Assembly (NCBI GenBank): GCA_964057225.1
Contig: CAXKVF010000092.1
Coordinates: forward strand, 79,473-143,472
Direction of reading: 5' to 3'
Length of the DNA stretch: 64,000 nt
Origin: Auanema rhodensis
Taxonomy: Eukaryota; Animalia; Nematoda
Position 1 is the first letter of the stretch; each line of letters begins with the position of its first letter. Shown piece after piece: positions 54,601-64,000 of the stretch. The notes beneath the pieces were generated by a model, which saw only the letters and a program-made list of their open reading frames with translations, had not been told where the DNA came from and made no database searches. The translations under genes and the position numbers were made by a program.

Positions 54601-57600
54601 AAATTTACGTGAACTTTAATTTATGCTAATTAAATGTACACGTGATGTGCACTTGGTATGTAACTCGCTTCACGTGAAAGATAAAGAGATGCGGTTTTCA
54701 AAATTAGATTTCCCATGTCCATATTAGTCTAAAAACAAATTTTTATTGATATTGGTTCATGGTAACCATGACTTTGAAATTTACGTGAACTTTAATTTAT
54801 GCTAATTAAATGTACACGTGATGTGCACTTGGTATGTAACTCGCTTCACGTGAAAGATAAAGAGATGCGGTTTTCAAAATTAGATTCCCCATGTCCATAT
54901 TAGTCTAAAGGAAATTTTTATTGATATTGGTGAATGGTAACCATGACTTTGAAATTTACGTGAACTTTAATTTATGCTAATTAAATGTACACGTGATGTG
55001 CACTTGGTATGTAACTCGCTTCACGTGAAAGATGAAGAGATGCGGTTTTCAAAATTAGATTCCCCATGTCCATATTAGTCTAAAAACAAATTTTTATTGA
55101 TATTGGTGCATGGTAATCATGACTTTGAAATTTACCTGAACTTTAATTTATGCTAATTAAATGTACACGTGATGTGCACTTGGTATGTAACTCTCTTCAC
55201 GTGAAAGATAAAGAGATGCGGTTTTCAAAATTAGATTCCCCATGTCCATATTAGTCTAAAAACAAATTTTTATTGATATTGGTTCATGGTAACCATGACT
55301 TTGAAATTTACGTGAACTTTAATTTATGCTAATTAAATGTACACGTGATGTGCACTTGGTATGTAACTCGCTTCACGTGAAAGATAAAGAGATGCGGTTT
55401 TCAAAATTAGATTCCCCATGTCCATATTAGTCTAAAAACAAATTTTTATTGATATTGGTTCATGGTAACCATGACTTTGAAATTTACGTGAACTTTAATT
55501 TATGCTAATTAAATGTACACGTGATGTGCACTTGGTATGTAACTCGCTTCACGTGAAAGATAAAGAGATGCGGTTTTCAAAATTAGATCCCCCATGTCCA
55601 TATTAGTCTAAAAACAAATTTTTATTGATATTGGTGCATGGTAACCATGACTTTGAAATTTACGTGAACTTTAATTTATGCTAATTAAATGTACACGTGA
55701 TGTGCACTTGGTATGTAACTCGCTTCACGTGAAAGATAAAGAGATGCGGTTTTCAAAATTAGATTCCCCATGTCCATATTAGTCTAAAAACAAATTTTTA
55801 TTAATATTGCTTCATGGTAACCATGACTTTGAAATTTACGTGAACTTTAATTTATGCTAATTAAATGTACACGTGATGTGCACTTGGTATGTAACTCGCT
55901 TCACGTGAAAGATAAAGAGATGCGGTTTTCAAAATTAGATTTCCCATGTCCATATTAGTCTAAAAACAAATTTTTATTGATATTGGTTCATGGTAACCAT
56001 GACTTTGAAATTTACGTGAACTTTAATTTATGCTAATTAAATGTACACGTGATGTGCACTTGGTATGTAACTCGCTTCACGTGAAAGATAAAGAGATGCG
56101 GTTTTCAAAATTAGATTCCCCATGTCCATATTAGTCTAAAGGAAATTTTTATTGATATTGCTTCATGGTAACCATGACTTTGAAATTTACGTGAACTTTA
56201 ATTTATGCTAATTAAATGTACACGTGATGTGCACTTGGTATGTAACTCGCTTCACGTGAAAGATAAAGAGATGCGGTTTTCAAAATTAGATTCCCCATGT
56301 CCATATTAGTCTAAAAACAAATTTTTATTGATATTGGTGCATGGTAACCATGACTTTGAAAGTTACGTGAACTTTAATTTATGCTAATTAAATGTACACG
56401 TGATGTGCACTTGGTATGTAACTCGCTTCACGTGAAAGATAAAGAGATGCGGTTTTCAAAATTAGATTCCCCATGTCCATATTAGTCTAAAAACAAATTT
56501 TTATTGATATTGGTTCATGGTAACCATGACTTTGAAATTTACGTGAACTTTAATTTATGCTAATTAAATGTACACGTGATGTGCACTTGGTATGTAACTC
56601 GCTTCACGTGAAAGATAAAGAGATGCGGTTTTCAAAATTAGATTCCCCATGTCCATATTAGTCTAAAAACAAATTTTTATTGATATTGCTTCATGGTAAC
56701 CATGACTTTGAAATTTACGTGAACTTTAATTTATGCTAATTAAATGTACACGTGATGTGCACTTGGTATGTAACTCGCTTCACGTGAAAGATAAAGAGAT
56801 GCGGTTTTCAAAATTAGATTCCCCATGTCCATATTAGTCTAAAAACAAATTTTTATTGATATTGGTTCATGGTAACCATGACTTTGAAATTTACGTGAAC
56901 TTTAATTTATGCTAATTAAATGTACACGTGATGTGCACTTGGTATGTAACTCGCTTCACGTGAAAGATAAAGAGATGCGGTTTTCAAAATTAGATTCCCC
57001 ATGTCCATATTAGTCTAAAGGAAATTTTTATTGATATTGCTTCATGGTAACCATGACTTTGAAATTTACGTGAACTTTAATTTATGCTAATTAAATGTAC
57101 ACGTGATGTGCACTTGGTATGTAACTCGCTTCACGTGAAAGATAAAGAGATGCGGTTTTTAAAATTAGATTCCCCATGTCCATATTAGTCTAAAAACAAA
57201 TTTTTATTGATATTGGTTCATGGTAACCATGACTTTGAAATTTACGTGAACTTTAATTTATGCTAATTAAATGTACACGTGATGTGCACTTGGTATGTAA
57301 CTCGCTTCACGTGAAAGATAAAGAGATGCGGTTTTCAAAATTAGATTCCCCATGTCCATATTAGTCTAAAAACAAATTTTTATTGATATTGGTTCATGGT
57401 AACCATGACTTTGAAATTTACGTGAACTTTAATTTATGCTAATTAAATGTACACGTGATGTGCACTTGGTATGTAACTCGCTTCACGTGAAAGATAAAGA
57501 GATGCGGTTTTCAAAATTAGATCCCCCATGTCCATATTAGTCTAAAAACAAATTTTTATTGATATTGGTGCATGGTAACCATGACTTTGAAATTTACGTG

Positions 57601-59259
57601 AACTTTAATTTATGCTAATTAAATGTACACGTGATGTGCACTTGGTATGTAACTCGCTTCACGTGAAAGATAAAGAGATGCGGTTTTCAAAATTAGATTC
57701 CCCATGTCCATATTAGTCTAAAAACAAATTTTTATTAATATTGCTTCATGGTAACCATGACTTTGAAATTTACGTGAACTTTAATTTATGCTAATTAAAT
57801 GTACACGTGATGTGCACTTGGTATGTAACTCGCTTCACGTGAAAGATAAAGAGATGCGGTTTTCAAAATTAGATTTCCCATGTCCATATTAGTCTAAAAA
57901 CAAATTTTTATTGATATTGGTTCATGGTAACCATGACTTTGAAATTTACGTGAACTTTAATTTATGCTAATTAAATGTACACGTGATGTGCACTTGGTAT
58001 GTAACTCGCTTCACGTGAAAGATAAAGAGATGCGGTTTTCAAAATTAGATTCCCCATGTCCATATTAGTCTAAAAACAAATTTTTATTAATATTGCTTCA
58101 TGGTAACCATGACTTTGAAATTTACGTGAACTTTAATTTATGCTAATTAAATGTACACGTGATGTGCACTTGGTATGTAACTCGCTTCACGTGAAAGATA
58201 AACAGATGCGGTTTTCAAAATTAGATTCCCCATGTCCATATTAGTCTAAAAACAAATTTTTATTGATATTGGTTCATGGTAACCATGACTTTGAAATTTA
58301 CGTGAACTTTAATTTATGCTAATTAAATGTACACGTGATGTGCACTTGGTATGTAACTCGCTTCACGTGAAAGATAAAGAGATGCGGTTTTCAAAATTAG
58401 ATTCCCCATGTCCATATTAGTCTAAAAACAAATTTTTATTGATATTGCTTCATGGTAACCATGACTTTGAAATTTACGTGAACTTTAATTTATGCTAATT
58501 AAATGTACACGTGATGTGCACTTGGTATGTAACTCGCTTCACGTGAAAGATAAAGAGATGCGGTTTTCAAAATTAGATTTCCCATGTCCATATTAGTCTA
58601 AAAACAAATTTTTATTGATATTGGTTCATGGTAACCATGACTTTGAAATTTACGTGAACTTTAATTTATGCTAATTAAATGTACACGTGATGTGCACTTG
58701 GTATGTAACTCGCTTCACGTGAAAGATAAAGAGATGCGGTTTTCAAAATTAGATTCCCCATGTCCATATTAGTCTAAAAACAAATTTTTATTAATATTGC
58801 TTCATGGTAACCATGACTTTGAAATTTACGTGAACTTTAATTTATGCTAATTAAATGTACACGTGATGTGCACTTGGTATGTAACTCGCTTCACGTGAAA
58901 GATAAAGAGATGCGGTTTTCAAAATTAGATTCCCCATGTCCATATTAGTCTAAAAACAAATTTTTATTGATATTGGTTCATGGTAACCATGACTTTGAAA
59001 TTTACGTGAACTTTAATTTATGCTAATTAAATGTACACGTGATGTGCACTTGGTATGTAACTCGCTTCACGTGAAAGATAAACAGATGCGGTTTTCAAAA
59101 TTAGATTCCCCATGTCCATATTAGTCTAAAAACAAATTTTTATTAATATTGCTTCATGGTAACCATGACTTTGAAATTTACGTGAACTTTAATTTATGCT
59201 AATTAAATGTACACGTGATGTGCACTTGGTATGTAACTCGCTTCACGTGAAAGATAAAG

Positions 59260-62200
59260 AGATGCGGTTTTCAAAATTAGATTCCCCATGTCCATATTAG
59301 TCTAAAAACAAATTTTTATTGATATTGCTTCATGGTAACCATGACTTTGAAATTTACGTGAACTTTAATTTATGCTAATTAAATGTACACGTGATGTGCA
59401 CTTGGTATGTAACTCGCTTCACGTGAAAGATAAAGAGATGCGGTTTTCAAAATTAGATTCCCCATGTCCATATTAGTCTAAAAACAAATTTTTATTGATA
59501 TTGGTTCTTGGTAACCATGACTTTGAAATTTACGTGAACTTTAATTTATGCTAATTAAATGTACACGTGATGTGCACTTGGTATGTAACTCGCTTCACGT
59601 GAAAGATAAAGAGATGCGGTTTTCAAAATTAGATTCCCCATGTCCATATTAGTCTAAAAACAAATTTTTATTGATATTGGTTCATGGTAACCATGACTTT
59701 GAAATTTACGTGAACTTTAATTTATGCTAATTAAATGTACACGTGATGTGCACTTGGTATGTAACTCGCTTCACGTGAAAGATAAAGAGATGCGGTTTTT
59801 AAAATTAGATTCCCCATGTCCATATTAGTCTAAAAAAAATTTTTATTGATATTGGTTCATGGTAACCATGACTTTGAAATTTACGTGAACTTTAATTTAT
59901 GCTAATTAAATGTACACGTGATGTGCACTTGGTATGTAACTCGCTTCACGTGAAAGATAAAGAGATGCGGTTTTCAAAATTAGATTCCCCATGTCCATAT
60001 TAGTCTAAAAACAAATTTTTATTGATATTGGTGCATGGTAACCATGACTTTGAAATTTACGTGAACTTTAATTTATGCTAATTAAATGTACACGTGATGT
60101 GCACTTGGTATGTAACTCGCTTCACGTGAAAGATAAAGAGATGCGGTTTTCAAAATTAGATTCCCCATGTCCATATTAGTCTAAAAACAAATTTTTATTG
60201 ATATTGGTTCATGGTAACCATGACTTTGAAATTTACGTGAACTTTAATATATGCTAATTAAATGTACACGTGATGTGCACTTGGTATGTAACTCGCTTCA
60301 CGTGAAAGATAAAGAGATGCGGTTTTCAAAATTAGATTCCCCATGTCCATATTAGTCTAAAAACAAATTTTTATTGATATTGGTTCATGGTAACCATGAC
60401 TTTGAAATTTACGTGAACTTTAATTTATGCTAATTAAATGTACACGTGATGTGCACTTGGTATGTAACTCGCTTCACGTGAAAGATAAAGAGATGCAGTT
60501 TTCAAAATTAGATTCCCCATGTCCATATTAGTCTAAAAACAAATTTTTATTGATATTGGTTCATGGTAACCATGACTTTGAAATTTACGTGAACTTTAAT
60601 TTATGCTAATTAAATGTACACGTGATGTGCACTTGGTATGTAACTCGCTTCACGTGAAAGATAAAGAGATGCGGTTTTCAAAATTAGATCCCCCATGTCC
60701 ATATTAGTCTAAAAACAAATTTTTATTGATATTGGTGCATGGTAACCATGACTTTGAAATTTACGTGAACTTTAATTTATGCTAATTAAATGTACACGTG
60801 ATGTGCACTTGGTATGTAACTCGCTTCACGTGAAAGATAAAGAGATGCGGTATTCAAAATTAGATTCCCCATGTCCATATTAGTCTAAAAACAAATTTTT
60901 ATTGATATTGGTTCATGGTAACCATGACTTTGAAATTTACGTGAACTTTAATATATGCTAATTAAATGTACACGTGATGTGCACTTGGTATGTAACTCGC
61001 TTCACGTGAAAGATAAAGAGATGCGGTTTTCAAAATTAGATTCCCCATGTCCATATTAGTCTAAAAACAAATTTTTATTGATATTGGTTCATGGTAACCA
61101 TGACTTTGAAATTTACGTGAACTTTAATTTATGCTAATTAAATGTACACGTGATGTGCACTTGGTATGTAACTCGCTTCACGTGAAAGATAAAGAGATGC
61201 GGTTTTCAAAATTAGATTCCCCATGTCCATATTAGTCTAAAAACAAATTTTTATTGATATTGCTTCATGGTAACCATGACTTTGAAATTTACGTGAACTT
61301 TAATTTATGCTAATTAAATGTACACGTGATGTGCACTTGGTATGTAACTCGCTTCACGTGAAAGATAAAGAGATGCGGTTTTCAAAATTAGATTCCCCAT
61401 GTCCATATTAGTCTAAAAACAAATTTTTATTGATATTGGTTCTTGGTAACCATGACTTTGAAATTTACGTGAACTTTAATTTATGCTAATTAAATGTACA
61501 CGTGATGTGCACTTGGTATGTAACTCGCTTCACGTGAAAGATAAAGAGATGCGGTTTTCAAAATTAGATTCCCCATGTCCATATTAGTCTAAAAACAAAT
61601 TTTTATTGATATTGGTTCATGGTAACCATGACTTTGAAATTTACGTGAACTTTAATTTATGCTAATTAAATGTACACGTGATGTGCACTTGGTATGTAAC
61701 TCGCTTCACGTGAAAGATAAAGAGATGCGGTTTTTAAAATTAGATTCCCCATGTCCATATTAGTCTAAAAAAAATTTTCATTGATATTGGTTCATGGTAA
61801 CCATGACTTTGAAATTTACGTGAACTTTAATTTATGCTAATTAAATGTACACGTGATGTGCACTTGGTATGTAACTCGCTTCACGTGAAAGATAAAGAGA
61901 TGCGGTTTTCAAAATTAGATTCCCCATGTCCATATTAGTCTAAAAACAAATTTTTATTGATATTGGTGCATGGTAACCATGACTTTGAAATTTACGTGAA
62001 CTTTAATTTATGCTAATTAAATGTACACGTGATGTGCACTTGGTATGTAACTCGCTTCACGTGAAAGATAAAGAGATGCGGTTTTCAAAATTAGATTCCC
62101 CATGTCCATATTAGTCTAAAAACAAATTTTTATTGATATTGGTTCATGGTAACCATGACTTTGAAATTTACGTGAACTTTAATATATGCTAATTAAATGT

Positions 62201-62777
62201 ACACGTGATGTGCACTTGGTATGTAACTCGCTTCACGTGAAAGATAAAGAGATGCGGTTTTCAAAATTAGATTCCCCATGTCCATATTAGTCTAAAAACA
62301 AATTTTTATTGATATTGGTTCATGGTAACCATGACTTTGAAATTTACGTGAACTTTAATTTATGCTAATTAAATGTACACGTGATGTGCACTTGGTATGT
62401 AACTCGCTTCACGTGAAAGATAAAGAGATGCGGTTTTCAAAATTAGATTCCCCATGTCCATATTAGTCTAAAAACAAATTTTTATTGATATTGGTTCATG
62501 GTAACCATGACTTTGAAATTTACGTGAACTTTAATTTATGCTAATTAAATGTACACGTGATGTGCACTTGGTATGTAACTCGCTTCACGTGAAAGATAAA
62601 GAGATGCGGTTTTCAAAATTAGATCCCCCATGTCCATATTAGTCTAAAAACAAATTTTTATTGATATTGGTGCATGGTAACCATGACTTTGAAATTTACG
62701 TGAACTTTAATTTATGCTAATTAAATGTACACGTGATGTGCACTTGGTATGTAACTCGCTTCACGTGAAAGATAAAG
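59260..62777 (+). repeat. 11-monomer duplication (period 1935 bp)
   Basis: GGTTCTTGG at ~59508/61443, TTTTTAAAA plus CTAAAAAAAAT 175-bp monomer at ~59788/61723, AATATATG at ~60249/62184, GATCCCCC monomer at 60667/62602. Confidence 0.85.
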
Positions 62778-64000
62778 AGATGCGGTTTTCAAAATTAGAT
62801 TCCCCATGTCCATATTAGTCTAAAAACAAATTTTTATTGATATTGGTTCATGGTAACCATGACTTTGAAATTTACGTGAACTTTAATTTATGCTAATTAA
62901 ATGTACACGTGATGTGCACTTGGTATGTAACTCGCTTCACGTGAAAGATAAAGAGATGCGGTTTTCAAAATTAGATCCCCCATGTCCATATTAGTCTAAA
63001 AACAAATTTTTATTGATATTGGTGCATGGTAACCATGACTTTGAAATTTACGTGAACTTTAATTTATGCTAATTAAATGTACACGTGATGTGCACTTGGT
63101 ATGTAACTCGCTTCACGTGAAAGATAAAGAGATGCGGTTTTCAAAATTAGATTCCCCATGTCCATATTAGTCTAAAAACAAATTTTTATTGATATTGGTT
63201 CATGGTAACCATGACTTTGAAATTTACGTGAACTTTAATTTATGCTAATTAAATGTACACGTGATGTGCACTTGGTATGTAACTCGCTTCACGTGAAAGA
63301 TAAAGAGATGCGGTTTTCAAAATTAGATCCCCCATGTCCATATTAGTCTAAAAACAAATTTTTATTGATATTGGTGCATGGTAACCATGACTTTGAAATT
63401 TACGTGAACTTTAATTTATGCTAATTAAATGTACACGTGATGTGCACTTGGTATGTAACTCGCTTCACGTGAAAGATAAAGAGATGCGGTACTCAAAATT
63501 AGATTCCTCATGTCCATATTAGTCTAAAAACAAATTTTTATTGATATTGGTTCATGGTAACCATGACTTTGAAATTTACGTGAACTTTAATTTATGCTAA
63601 TTAAATGTACACGTGATGTGCACTTGGTATGTAACTCGCTTCACGTGAAAGATAAAGAGATGCGGTTTTCAAAATTAGATTCCCCATGTCCATATTAGTC
63701 TAAAAACAAATTTTTATTGATATTGGTTCATGGTAACCATGACTTTGAAATTTACGTGAACTTTAATTTATGCTAATTAAATGTACACGTGATGTGCACT
63801 TGGTATGTAACTCGCTTCACGTGAAAGATAAAGAGATGCGGTTTTGAAAATTAGATTCCCCATGTCCATATTAGTCTAAAAACAAATTTTTATTGATATT
63901 GGTTCATGGTAACCATGACTTTGAAATTTACGTGAACTTTAATTTATGCTAATTAAATGTACACGTGATGTGCACTTGGTATGTAACTCGCTTCACGTGA

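Larger units (their letters stand above)
1..64000 (+). repeat. 176-bp tandem satellite DNA array, ~360 monomers, continues past both window edges; candidate centromeric/pericentromeric satellite
   Basis: AGATGCGGTTTTCAAAATTAG recurs at 1, 177, 374, 552, 728, 904, 1101, 1277 and so on with a 176-bp period. Most monomers differ from consensus by 0-3 bases. GC is 57/176. The centromeric role is inferred only from nucleosome-scale monomer length and homogeneity. Confidence 0.99.
11369..64000 (+). repeat. Uninterrupted forward satellite, ~299 monomers, in successive variant domains
   Basis: No further orientation change seen. Length changes are one 197-bp monomer (11456), one 94-bp monomer (12005) and several 1-bp indels. 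Confidence 0.96.

Noticed and set aside
1-64000. CRISPR array (regular repeats with palindromes)
   Set aside because: There are no unique spacers. The entire 176-bp unit repeats, and no cas genes or leader are present.
1-64000. Repetitive protein-coding ORF
   Set aside because: Every full monomer has stops in all three forward frames (TAG 19, TAG 39, TAA 44) and all three reverse frames (TTA 18, TTA 38, CTA 43).
12099-64000. G/T allele pattern at monomer position 71 as an information-bearing code
   Set aside because: The runs and periodicities are explained by local duplications tracked by linked rare variants.

Overview
The whole 64 kb window is one AT-rich (~32% GC) tandem satellite array of about 360 near-identical 176-bp monomers (consensus AGATGCGGTTTTCAAAATTAGATTCCCCATGTCCATATTAGTCTAAAAACAAATTTTTATTGATATTGGT[G/T]CATGGTAACCATGACTTTGAAATTTACGTGAACTTTAATTTATGCTAATTAAATGTACACGTGATGTGCACTTGGTATGTAACTCGCTTCACGTGAAAGATAAAG). 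Monomer size and homogeneity fit a eukaryotic centromeric or pericentromeric satellite; that is inference, and I cannot name the species or family. There are no genes, RNA genes, transposons or CRISPR arrays. The main structure is two 1196-bp reverse-orientation blocks (7139-8334 and 10173-11368) with identical junctions. Each is an inverted copy of the sequence ending 408 bp upstream, and each is flanked by a 37-bp direct duplication carrying a rare SNP. This reads as a templated inverted insertion, later duplicated as a 3034-bp unit. The array also divides into variant domains: 197-bp monomers with a 21-bp internal duplication occur only left of an 82-bp deletion at ~12.1 kb, and local higher-order repeats (18-, 12-, 8/9-, 6-, 5-, 11- and 2-mers) lie further right. 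I see no new gene-based system; the interest is in the recombination history recorded in the array.
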